IMG/VR virus record: IMGVR_UViG_3300043960_000006
Span: 1 to 36,325 of that record
Strand: one strand, 5' to 3'
DNA length: 36,325 nt
DNA from: a virus
Position 1 is the stretch's first letter, and every line of letters starts with the position of its first letter. The position numbers and the translations under genes are program-made. The notes under the pieces were generated by a model, which searched no databases, was not told the origin of the DNA, and saw only the letters and a list, made by a program, of their open reading frames with translations. Shown here piece by piece: positions 9,328 through 17,568 of this stretch.

Positions 9328-11605
9328 TAACGGAACATACGTGATCGTTCCAGCGCATAGCACAGGATGCGCGCTAGACTGCCGCGGAGCTTCCGAGGGC
9401 AACGGTGCGAACATATGGATATGGGGTCGCAATAGCAGAGACGCGCAGCTGATCACAGTGGTTAATAACTCCGATGGCACGTCGCGCCTGCTCTTTACGC
9501 TATCCGGGAAATCTGTGGATGTGGCAGTTGTCAACGCACTCGCCGACGGGCAGAACGTTCAGCAGTGGGCTAACTCGGATAGCGGTGCGCAGAAATGGCT
9601 GATCGAGGCAGACGGGAAGACGGTGACGATCGGAGGCGCGACATACAACACCTATGTGCTCAAGTGCAATTCAAGCAACTACGTGATGGATGTTACCGGC
9701 GGTCAGACCGCGCAGGGAACAAATATTGAAATCTGGACGGCGAACGGTTCTGACTGGCAACGATGGGCTTTTATCCCGCAGAACCCCGTAGCACCGGGCA
9801 CGTATATGATCCGGTCCGCGATCGACACGAATGCTGTTGTTGATGTTACGGGCGGCGCTGCCGGCGCGAACGTGCAGCTATACGGTGAAAGCGGATCCAA
9901 CGGCCAGATCTGGATTGTAAACGAGTACGAAAACGGCGTAACTGTGATCGAGAACGCCGGATCGGGCAAAGTGCTGAACGTGTACGGGAACCAGTCGGTA
10001 GCCGGTGCGAATGTGCAGCAGTGGTTTAATGATGGATCGAGCGCGTGTAAATGGTATCCGGAGCCTGCCGGGCAGATGATGATTAACGGCGCGACCGTTC
10101 CTACTTATCACATACGATTCATGACGGGAAGCGGGAAGGTGATGGATGCAACCGGCGGGCAGGCGAGGCCGCAAACCAATATTGAAATCTGGGACGCAAA
10201 CGGATCCGCGGCGCAGGAATGGGCATTTCAGCCATATTCTATTCTTGACACATCGCTTCCGGTGCCATCGGGAGTGCAGGCAATTTTCGGGAGCCAGACC
10301 GGAAATATTTTACAGATCGGATCCGGAGATGTTGGCAAAACCGGCATGATTTCAATCTGCGCCTCTTGGGTGTGCAACTGGGATGATTACTATCAGATCA
10401 GATACCGTACACGCGAGCGAATGATAAAGCAGGCAATCGGTAACTGGGACGTTTGGCATTCGGTTGCGGATCAGACACCGGCTAATCAGGGGTGGGGCGA
10501 TATTGGGCATGAAAATGCGAAGGTCGTAGTGCGCGGAAGCCGCAAGGAATTAAACGGCGCGATCCGCGAATTGACTATAGGATCATCGACCTCTGATTAT
10601 ACGGAGGTACAGATCGAAATCCGTGCGTTCAAATACAACGATAAGCGCAATTATATATATTATCACGGAAACTCAGTAACACAGCTTGTCAAGCTCGTGT
10701 GGAAGCCGACGCTCACGATCAGCGGCGTTTCGTGGTCGCCTGACGGGTTAAAGGTAAGCTACACTTCGGATTATACGCGGAGCGGATGCACAATTATCGT
10801 TGATTCTCTTGAAATTGCGGGGCATACGCTCGACGGCTGCGAATTCAGCGGAGTAAGCTCAAAAGGTTCTGTTACAATTCCGCAGAGCAGGGTCGGGCGG
10901 ATCCCTTCATCGGGCGATAAGGTTTCAATCTCCATGCGTATGCGTACCGATATGGCGGTGTCGGTGTCGGCATCGGCAAACACTACGCTCACCTTTAGCG
11001 GAACGCTCACGGTAAGCCCGACATACGCGGACGGCACAGGCTACTCGAAGATTGTGAGTTTCACAAAATCCGAAGAGGATCATGTATATGTTCAGACCGC
11101 TGAAACGTGCATGGAGTTTGATAACGACGCCGAAACTTCGATCGCGCTTCCACCTTTTGGAACCGCTTACGAGATTATCGTAACATCATCGAGCGGATCC
11201 GCTTGGGGAATTTCCAGAAAATCCTTCCCGGCCATGATCGGAACGGCGCATGTTTGGAACTGGGGAACGCGCTGCGCACTGATCACACTAAACGCGGACG
11301 ATCCTCCGAAGGTAACAAAAAAATATTCGCATGATTCCACGGAGCAGATCACGACCGGGCGAAAACATCCGGTTTACAATTTCGGATCAACGATCACGAG
11401 TAGCTTATCAGTTGAGGGCGTATATATGGATGATACCGATCACAACACCGAGAAGGATATGGAGGCGCTTTCGGGGGCCGGTCACGCCTTCTATCGTGAT
11501 GCGCGTGGGAGGATCTACCGCGTGGCGGTGCTTGATGTATCTACAGAGTCAAAGGGGATCGGATGGGGATCTGTAACAGTTGAGCAGAAAGAGGAGAGTC
11601 TTTGA
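9314..11605 (+). CDS. Distal-tail-protein-position structural protein with two N-terminal ricin-type beta-trefoil lectin domains
   Basis: First roughly 305 aa carry repeated (Q/x)xW lectin signatures: IWIWG, QQWANSDSGAQKW, WQRWAF, QIWIV, QQWFNDGSSACKW, IEIWDANGSAAQEWAF. The remaining 450 aa or so occupy the Dit position right after the tape measure. Confidence 0.65.
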   Translation: MAAINNGTYVIVPAHSTGCALDCRGASEGNGANIWIWGRNSRDAQLITVVNNSDGTSRLLFTLSGKSVDVAVVNALADGQNVQQWANSDSGAQKWLIEADGKTVTIGGATYNTYVLKCNSSNYVMDVTGGQTAQGTNIEIWTANGSDWQRWAFIPQNPVAPGTYMIRSAIDTNAVVDVTGGAAGANVQLYGESGSNGQIWIVNEYENGVTVIENAGSGKVLNVYGNQSVAGANVQQWFNDGSSACKWYPEPAGQMMINGATVPTYHIRFMTGSGKVMDATGGQARPQTNIEIWDANGSAAQEWAFQPYSILDTSLPVPSGVQAIFGSQTGNILQIGSGDVGKTGMISICASWVCNWDDYYQIRYRTRERMIKQAIGNWDVWHSVADQTPANQGWGDIGHENAKVVVRGSRKELNGAIRELTIGSSTSDYTEVQIEIRAFKYNDKRNYIYYHGNSVTQLVKLVWKPTLTISGVSWSPDGLKVSYTSDYTRSGCTIIVDSLEIAGHTLDGCEFSGVSSKGSVTIPQSRVGRIPSSGDKVSISMRMRTDMAVSVSASANTTLTFSGTLTVSPTYADGTGYSKIVSFTKSEEDHVYVQTAETCMEFDNDAETSIALPPFGTAYEIIVTSSSGSAWGISRKSFPAMIGTAHVWNWGTRCALITLNADDPPKVTKKYSHDSTEQITTGRKHPVYNFGSTITSSLSVEGVYMDDTDHNTEKDMEALSGAGHAFYRDARGRIYRVAVLDVSTESKGIGWGSVTVEQKEESL

Positions 11606-12645
11606 TGGATTGGGCGAAGCAGGGATACACGGATGAGATCAGCGTGCAGCTGATCGACCCGCACAACCTTGATGATGTGCGTGGTGAAATGAATGATTTG
11701 ATCTTATCCGGATCTTCGATCTCATATGGATATAACACGGACACGCGCGTATCAGCAAAGCTACAAACCTATGGCAACTCGTACATAGATAACTCGTGGG
11801 TTCGGATCATGCACCGACGCGCGGACATTACTAGAGAGCTTGGTACCTTCGTGCTACAGTCGGCTCCGGAAGTGTCGAGCCAGTACGGGAAAGGTGTATA
11901 TACCTACGATCTCCAGTCGGTGCTGTGGACACTTTCAAATGACTTGTGTAACGGCCACTTCTCAATCGGGGAGGGTGCTTACACAAAAGATGTTTTTGAG
12001 CGCGTTTGTAAAACGTGCGGCCGGGCGTGGATCCACAAGGCAGGAGCAAGGAATTACCGATATTCATCGACAAAAATATACGACGTGGGAGACAGCTATC
12101 TGTCTTTTCTTTTTGATATTTGTGAAAGCGCAAACAACCGGCTAGGCGTTGATGGGCACGGAAGAATCACGGATGAGCCGTACTACACGCCGTCGGAAAT
12201 CGAGGCAATCTGGACGATAGATGCGGACGATCCGCATACACTGCTTCTTTCGGATGAAATCACGGAGTCGGCATCTAATGATAGTGTTCCGGGGAGGGCA
12301 ATCGTAGTATATACGAGCGGAGATACCGAGATCGTTGCCACCGCGGACCGCGGCTCATCCTCCCCGTACTCATCCGCACAGCGCGGGTACATGGTTGCTT
12401 CAAAGTATCAGGTTTCGGATATGTCGCCGGCCACACAGGCGCGGGCGCAGCAGCTTGCGAAGCAGTACCTTGATGAAACCGCTGAGACGATACAGTTACA
12501 GTGCAAAACGCTTTACTTCCCGTGCGAGACAGGTGAGACGATGTACCTGATCCGGAACAACGAACAGAAAAAATATCTGATCCAGAGCATCGAGCTATCG
12601 TTGGACACGATGAATCAATCTTTAACCTTGAAGGAGGTGAGTTGA
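11605..12645 (+). CDS. Tail-associated (Tal-position) baseplate protein
   Basis: ATG at 11605 overlaps the upstream TGA (TGATG), with a GAGGAGAG RBS. 346 aa, second gene after the tape measure. Positional call. Confidence 0.5.
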   Translation: MDWAKQGYTDEISVQLIDPHNLDDVRGEMNDLILSGSSISYGYNTDTRVSAKLQTYGNSYIDNSWVRIMHRRADITRELGTFVLQSAPEVSSQYGKGVYTYDLQSVLWTLSNDLCNGHFSIGEGAYTKDVFERVCKTCGRAWIHKAGARNYRYSSTKIYDVGDSYLSFLFDICESANNRLGVDGHGRITDEPYYTPSEIEAIWTIDADDPHTLLLSDEITESASNDSVPGRAIVVYTSGDTEIVATADRGSSSPYSSAQRGYMVASKYQVSDMSPATQARAQQLAKQYLDETAETIQLQCKTLYFPCETGETMYLIRNNEQKKYLIQSIELSLDTMNQSLTLKEVS

Positions 12646-13541
12646 TGGATCGTCTTGAACTGGCGAAGGCGCTGACACGATCGGCGGCGGCTGAGAATAA
12701 GTCGGAAAAGCGTACCGCGACCGTGCAGGTGTCAGGCATCGCGACATCCGACAGTGCGGACGGAGTTGTGATGGTGGATATGGGCGGCGATTCCGTAACT
12801 TACGATGATACGCAGGCGGTTCCGATCCCGACGACCGTATCCGTGAAGCAGGGGGACACCGTGTCGATCCTGCTTACCGGCGCGGAAGGAACTGCGAAGA
12901 CTCCGCTCGTGATCGGCGTTGTAGGGCGTGGCGATGAAGCGCAGGCGAGCATCGAAAAAGCGCAAAGCGACATCGAGCAGGCGCATACCGATATCACCGG
13001 AGCGAAAGAGAGCATCAAGAAAGTTTCTGATAAAGCAATCGCCGGCGTAGATGTTGAGTATGCGCAGAGCACTTCACAGACGGACGCGCCGACAAGCGGA
13101 TGGCAGACGGATGCGCCTGCGTGGAAAGAGGGAACTTACATCTGGCAGAGGACGGCCACGACGAACGCCGACGGAGTGACTAGCTACAGCGCGGCACTGT
13201 GTATCACGGGCGTAAAAGGGGAAAGGGGGGACGACGGCGACGATGCGGTCTCGCTTTACATCGAATCATCGAACGGTACGGCCTTCAAAAACGCGTCGAT
13301 CGCGACGACGCTTACCATCGACATATACGTAGGCGGCGAGCTGATCACGGACAGCGCGGCGATGAAGAAAAAATTCGGGGACAGCGCCTATCTTCAGTGG
13401 CGCCAGAAGCCGGAAGGATCCACATCGTGGTCCCCGATCCCATCAACCGACCCGAGATTATCAGATAACGGATTTATCTTCACGCTGAGTGCGAATGATG
13501 TTCAAAATCGCACGGTTTTTTCATGCGACCTGATTTTTTAA
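12645..13541 (+). CDS. Tail fibre / minor structural protein (module-sharing, 1 of 3)
   Basis: TGATG overlap start. Contains EYAQSTSQTDAPTSGWQTDAPAWKEGTYIWQRT and SLYIESSNGTAFKNASIATTLTIDIYVGG, modules that recur in the next two genes. Confidence 0.6.
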   Translation: MDRLELAKALTRSAAAENKSEKRTATVQVSGIATSDSADGVVMVDMGGDSVTYDDTQAVPIPTTVSVKQGDTVSILLTGAEGTAKTPLVIGVVGRGDEAQASIEKAQSDIEQAHTDITGAKESIKKVSDKAIAGVDVEYAQSTSQTDAPTSGWQTDAPAWKEGTYIWQRTATTNADGVTSYSAALCITGVKGERGDDGDDAVSLYIESSNGTAFKNASIATTLTIDIYVGGELITDSAAMKKKFGDSAYLQWRQKPEGSTSWSPIPSTDPRLSDNGFIFTLSANDVQNRTVFSCDLIF

Positions 13542-13559
13542 AGAAAGGAATAGAGATAC

Positions 13560-14486
13560 ATGGCAGTAAAGGCTTCAAATCAGTTAACACTTATCGATCT
13601 TACGGACGCATATACCATTGTGCTGACAAATGAGGCGCACACCTTTATCGGCGGGACGTCGGCCGTCGCCTCTACGCAGACTGCAACTACGCAGATTTTC
13701 GCCTACCTGGGCAACGATCAGGTCCCGGTAACCGTTGGTGAGATCACCGGAGCAACGGGAATTTCCGCAACGTCGGATGGCAAAAGTCCCGCCCCGACGG
13801 TAACGATCACCGCGACATCTGCACTTACGACCGGCGGCGTGCTCAAACTTCCGCTTACAGTGAACGGAGACATTCAGATCACGAAAGAGTTTTCTTACGC
13901 GATCGCCTTTGCTGGCGAAAAAGGTACTGACGGAGTATCGCCCACGGTTTCAATTTCCAAGAGTAATGGTGTAACGACCATATCCATTACCGATAAGAAT
14001 GGAACGCATACGCAAAAAGTAAACGATGGCGTCAACGGGACGCCCGGGCAACCCGGTGCGGACGGAAAAACCCCGTATTTTCATGTGAAATACTCAAATG
14101 ACGGTGGAAGTACCTTTACTGGTAATTCCGGAGAGGATGTTGGAACTTATATCGGAACATGCACAGATTATAATTCTGAAGACCCTACATCGGTAAGCTC
14201 GTACAGTTGGGCGAGAATTAAAGGGGAGGCAGGAGCTGATGCGCTGACGCTTGTGGTAACTTCGTCTGCCGGAACGATCTTCAAGAATGCGGACATCGCG
14301 ACCACGCTTACGGCGCACGTGTATAAGGCCGGCGCAGAGGTCACGGGAACGGCGCTTTCGGCACTTGGCGCGATCAAGTGGTATAAGGACGGAGGCACGA
14401 CCGCGGTTGCGACCGGACAGACGCTGACGATCAGCGCGGGATCGGTTGCCAACAAGGCGTCGTATGTGGCACAGCTTGAGGGGTGA
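13560..14486 (+). CDS. Tail fibre protein (module-sharing, 2 of 3) with a short collagen-like G-X-Y run
   Basis: Starts MAVKA, like the next gene. GVNGTPGQPGADGKT triplets. 69-aa module shared with the next gene. FKNADIATTLTAHVY module shared with the previous gene. Confidence 0.6.
   Translation: MAVKASNQLTLIDLTDAYTIVLTNEAHTFIGGTSAVASTQTATTQIFAYLGNDQVPVTVGEITGATGISATSDGKSPAPTVTITATSALTTGGVLKLPLTVNGDIQITKEFSYAIAFAGEKGTDGVSPTVSISKSNGVTTISITDKNGTHTQKVNDGVNGTPGQPGADGKTPYFHVKYSNDGGSTFTGNSGEDVGTYIGTCTDYNSEDPTSVSSYSWARIKGEAGADALTLVVTSSAGTIFKNADIATTLTAHVYKAGAEVTGTALSALGAIKWYKDGGTTAVATGQTLTISAGSVANKASYVAQLEG
14022..14228 (+). repeat. 207-nt tail-fibre module, copy A (paralogous to 14536-14742)
   Basis: Encodes NDGVNGTPGQPGADGKTPYFHVKYSNDGG...SYSWARIKGE. 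57 of 69 residues are identical to copy B by my count. Includes the shared run ggaaaaaccccgtattttcatgt. Confidence 0.85.
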
Positions 14487-14490
14487 TTGA

Positions 14491-15855
14491 ATGGCGGTAA
14501 AAGCAAGGAGCGATGTGATCACGCTGATCCGCGTGAATGATGGCGTCAACGGAACGCCCGGTGCGCCCGGCGCGGATGGAAAAACCCCGTATTTTCATGT
14601 CAAGTATTCCAACGACGGCGGCAAGACGTTTACTGACAACGGAGGCGAAGCCGCAGGAACCTACATCGGCACATGCACCGATTACAATTCCGCGGATCCT
14701 ACTGCCGTCGGATCTTATACATGGGCGAAAATCAAAGGAGACACCGGTCCCGGCGTTTCCGCGATTGTGGAGCAGTATTACTTATCAACATCGAGTACGA
14801 CGCAGACCGGCGGCTCATGGTCCACAACCTCTCCGGCGTGGCAATCCGGGCATTACATCTGGACGCGCTCGCAGATCACGTGGACAACAGGAACGATCAC
14901 GTACACAACGCCTGTGCTTGCGCAGGCGATCAACTCCGCGAATGAAACAGCGGACACCGCGCTCGCCTCTGCGAACGGCAAAGGGAAAAGCTACTATCAG
15001 GCCGCACAGCCATCGGGAGGCAAAGACGGAGATTTGTGGTTTAAACTGGATTCGAGCGGCAACGCGACCGGGATTTACAAATACAATGGATCGGCATGGG
15101 TGGAAATGCCAATTGAAAGCAGCGTGATCGCGAGCCTTGACGCGGCGAAGATCAATGCCGGAACACTCAATGGATTTAAAATTATTGGCTCGACCCTTAT
15201 GACGAATTGGGAAATGTACGATTCATCGGACGGAATTGGGAGGTTCTCAAGAGTTCGAATTTCTGGCGACAATTTCTTTTTTGATAAGTACGAAGATGAA
15301 AATACACCGCCTACGGTTTCGACAACGCCGACACAATCTTTTAAATTCTATTTTGGAAACAAAAACAAAGGATCTAAGGATTATGGTGAAGGGCTGTGGC
15401 TTGAGGAGGCTTCCGAACATGGAGCAGGTGAAGTGTGGCGAGTGCCACTCGACCCATACGACGGCCTCGATAATGGCATGAGCATATATTCGGATCTAAC
15501 TACCAACGGCGACATCATTCCCGGCAAAATTTCCGGAATTGCAAACTTAATTTACCCGGTTGGCTCGATCTATATGAGCATGAACAGCACGAACCCGTCA
15601 ACACTTTTTGGCGGGACGTGGGAGCAGATAAAAGACAGGTTCTTGCTCAGTGCGGGCGACTCATATAGTGTCGGATCAACAGGTGGGCAATCCAACATGC
15701 ATATAAGAAACTGTGGGGCTGAGGCAAGCGGATATGGCCTTACTCCCGGCAGCCTCGCATTTGAAAACAGGGTTATGGTTACAGATGGCAATTATACATC
15801 AGATACCAACCTCCCGCCGTACCTTACGGTATACATGTGGAAGAGAACAGCATAA
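14491..15855 (+). CDS. Tail fibre / receptor-binding protein (module-sharing, 3 of 3)
   Basis: 454 aa. N-terminal collagen-like module. YYLSTSSTTQTGGSWSTTSPAWQSGHYIWTRS repeat motif. C-terminal PVGSIYMSMNSTNPSTLFGGTWEQIKDRFLL...PPYLTVYMWKRTA is typical of the C-terminal domain of Firmicutes phage tail-fibre/baseplate proteins. Confidence 0.7.
   Translation: MAVKARSDVITLIRVNDGVNGTPGAPGADGKTPYFHVKYSNDGGKTFTDNGGEAAGTYIGTCTDYNSADPTAVGSYTWAKIKGDTGPGVSAIVEQYYLSTSSTTQTGGSWSTTSPAWQSGHYIWTRSQITWTTGTITYTTPVLAQAINSANETADTALASANGKGKSYYQAAQPSGGKDGDLWFKLDSSGNATGIYKYNGSAWVEMPIESSVIASLDAAKINAGTLNGFKIIGSTLMTNWEMYDSSDGIGRFSRVRISGDNFFFDKYEDENTPPTVSTTPTQSFKFYFGNKNKGSKDYGEGLWLEEASEHGAGEVWRVPLDPYDGLDNGMSIYSDLTTNGDIIPGKISGIANLIYPVGSIYMSMNSTNPSTLFGGTWEQIKDRFLLSAGDSYSVGSTGGQSNMHIRNCGAEASGYGLTPGSLAFENRVMVTDGNYTSDTNLPPYLTVYMWKRTA
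14536..14742 (+). repeat. 207-nt tail-fibre module, copy B (paralogous to 14022-14228)
   Basis: Encodes NDGVNGTPGAPGADGKTPYFHVKYSNDGG...SYTWAKIKGD. Confidence 0.85.
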
Positions 15856-15865
15856 GGGGGCATCA

Positions 15866-16276
15866 ATGAATCCATTTCACGAAACAATTCTCGTTCTGCT
15901 CGGATGCTCCGGCCTCTGGACAGCTGCCACAGAATTAATTAAGTGGCTTTTTTCGCGCCGATCCGGGATCAAGAAGAGCATCGACAAAATTATGCGCATC
16001 GTGCGAGAGATCCAGACAGAAGTAAAAGAAGAGAAGGAAGAGCGTAAGCAGGAGGGCGCAGACGATGTGCGGCGGAGGATCCTCGCTTTTGATGATGAGC
16101 TTCGCCGCGATGTTCCGCATAGTGAGGAGTTCTATAACCAGATCCTCGACGACATCCACGATTATGAGAATTATTGCAGAAGCCACAGCGATTATAAAAA
16201 CACGAAGGCGGTTGCGGCAATTCAGAATATTAAGTCAACATACGCAGAAGTAAAGAAAAGCAATCAATTTATTTAA
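15866..16276 (+). CDS. Membrane-anchored protein of unknown function at the head of the lysis cassette
   Basis: ATG at 15866 follows AAGGGGG, so it is preferred over the ORF-track start at 15713, which overlaps the fibre gene. N-terminal hydrophobic segment ILVLLGCSGLWTAATELIKWLF, then a highly charged region (KEEKEERKQEG). Confidence 0.55.
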   Translation: MNPFHETILVLLGCSGLWTAATELIKWLFSRRSGIKKSIDKIMRIVREIQTEVKEEKEERKQEGADDVRRRILAFDDELRRDVPHSEEFYNQILDDIHDYENYCRSHSDYKNTKAVAAIQNIKSTYAEVKKSNQFI

Positions 16277-16287
16277 GGAGGATCAGC

Positions 16288-16497
16288 ATGAAAAACGTAT
16301 TTACAAAACAGTGGTGGAGCGCGGCGGCAATCCGTGCGATCAAAACGGTAGCGCAGACAGCAGTAGCAACGATCGGTACAACCGCAGTGATCGAGGGCGT
16401 GGACTGGCGCGTATGCATCTCCGCGTCGATCCTTGCCGGCGTGGTATCTCTGCTCACCTCGATCGCGGGCCTTCCGGAAGTAGGTGATGCGGAGTGA
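16288..16497 (+). CDS. Holin
   Basis: 69 aa, AAGGAGG RBS, two hydrophobic segments (AIKTVAQTAVATIGTTAV and ISASILAGVVSLLTSIAGL). Stop overlaps the endolysin start (GTGA). Confidence 0.75.
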   Translation: MKNVFTKQWWSAAAIRAIKTVAQTAVATIGTTAVIEGVDWRVCISASILAGVVSLLTSIAGLPEVGDAE

Positions 16498-17465
16498 ATA
16501 TCATCCAGAAGCACACGCTTGTAAATTTCAGCCGGGGTAATGCCGGCAGGAAATACATCGTGATCCACTACACCGGCAACCGCACCGACACGGCGGCGGG
16601 CAACGCTAATTATTTTTACTCCACGAAGCGCGGGGCGTCGGCGCACTATTTCGTAGACGAAAAAGAAATCTATGAGGTTGTGGACCCGGCTAACTCCGCG
16701 TGGGCAGTCGGGAAGAACTACGGAAGAAACAATCTTTTCGGGAAGTGCAAAAACACCAACTCAATCAGCATCGAGATGTGCTCCGCCGGCGGCAAGATCG
16801 CGGACGCGACGATCGCGCAGACGGTTGAACTGACGAAGTATCTCATGCAGAAATACGGTATTGCCGCCGATCATGTCGTGCGGCATTATGATGTGTGCTC
16901 GAAGCAGTGTCCGGGGTGGGCCGGGTGGCTGCCTCCGAATGAAACGCTCTGGAATAACTTTAAGGCGCGGCTGACCGGATCCGCGCAGACGGTGACGATC
17001 GAGCCGAAGCAGGCTCCCGCATCGCAGCCGGTGCAGACTGCTGCGAAGCCTTCCGGATCTCAGCTTGTGAGGGACGCGCAGGGCTTTATCCATAATTTCG
17101 TCGATGGAGACGTGAAGGTGGACGGGATCCGTGGCGCGCAGACCAACAAGGGAGTGATCAAGGTGCTGCAGAGATGCATTGATCTCGATTATGGTACGCA
17201 TCTTGCCTACGATGGTATCGCCGGCGCAAAGACGCTTGTGGCACTTGGAAAGCATTACGTGAAGCGCGGTGAGAAGCAGTACCTTGTATCTTTCGTCGAG
17301 GTGGCGCTGTCGGCGCTGAATTATGATCCGACGGGAATTGAGAATCCTGGCATTTTCGGATCCGGACTTGAAAACGCGGTGAAGGTATTTCAGCGCGACG
17401 CGGGCCTGACGGCTGACGGCGTAGCGGGATATCGCACGCTCCGGGCGCTGATAGCCAAGTTTTAG
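16494..17465 (+). CDS. Endolysin: N-acetylmuramoyl-L-alanine amidase (Amidase_2/PGRP-like) with C-terminal peptidoglycan-binding repeats
   Basis: N-terminal YIVIHYTGN...ASAHYFVD...SISIEMC...VVRHYDV...KQCPG pattern of the amidase_2 fold. C-terminal DGIRGAQT, DGIAGAKTLVAL and VFQRDAGLTADGVAGYRTLRAL resemble PG_binding_1 repeats. Confidence 0.85.
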   Translation: MNIIQKHTLVNFSRGNAGRKYIVIHYTGNRTDTAAGNANYFYSTKRGASAHYFVDEKEIYEVVDPANSAWAVGKNYGRNNLFGKCKNTNSISIEMCSAGGKIADATIAQTVELTKYLMQKYGIAADHVVRHYDVCSKQCPGWAGWLPPNETLWNNFKARLTGSAQTVTIEPKQAPASQPVQTAAKPSGSQLVRDAQGFIHNFVDGDVKVDGIRGAQTNKGVIKVLQRCIDLDYGTHLAYDGIAGAKTLVALGKHYVKRGEKQYLVSFVEVALSALNYDPTGIENPGIFGSGLENAVKVFQRDAGLTADGVAGYRTLRALIAKF

Positions 17466-17483
17466 CGCAAAGAAAATTTGCGC
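17465..17483 (+). terminator. Small hairpin just after the endolysin stop (gcgcaaa-gaaaa-tttgcgc)
   Basis: 7-bp perfect stem, 5-nt loop. No T-run follows, so terminator function is uncertain. Confidence 0.3.
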
Positions 17484-17508
17484 GAAAATCGAAAAATCAT
17501 CAAAAAAG

Positions 17509-17534
17509 CGGGCATTTTTATTAAAAAATGCCCG
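17509..17534. terminator. Strong hairpin (11-bp stem cgggcattttt / aaaaatgcccg, 4-nt loop) at the end of the late operon
   Basis: Perfect stem read directly. An A6 run precedes it on the plus strand, which becomes a U6 run after the stem for minus-strand transcripts. Only TT follows on the plus strand. Confidence 0.6.
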
Positions 17535-17568
17535 TTAGCTGTGTTACTAATAAAAAAAGTGGGGGAAC

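Noticed and set aside
5370-9534. Many long minus-strand ORFs (for example 7807-8526 and 8851-9534) and internal plus-strand ORFs within the tape measure gene
   Set aside because: These are shadow ORFs of a long, compositionally biased gene. They have no RBSs, and their translations are Arg/Ser/Cys-rich and implausible.
14022-14742. Duplicated tail-fibre module considered as a diversity-generating retroelement TR/VR pair
   Set aside because: No reverse transcriptase gene exists anywhere in the genome. The differences between the copies involve all base types, mostly at third codon positions, rather than being confined to adenines of one copy.
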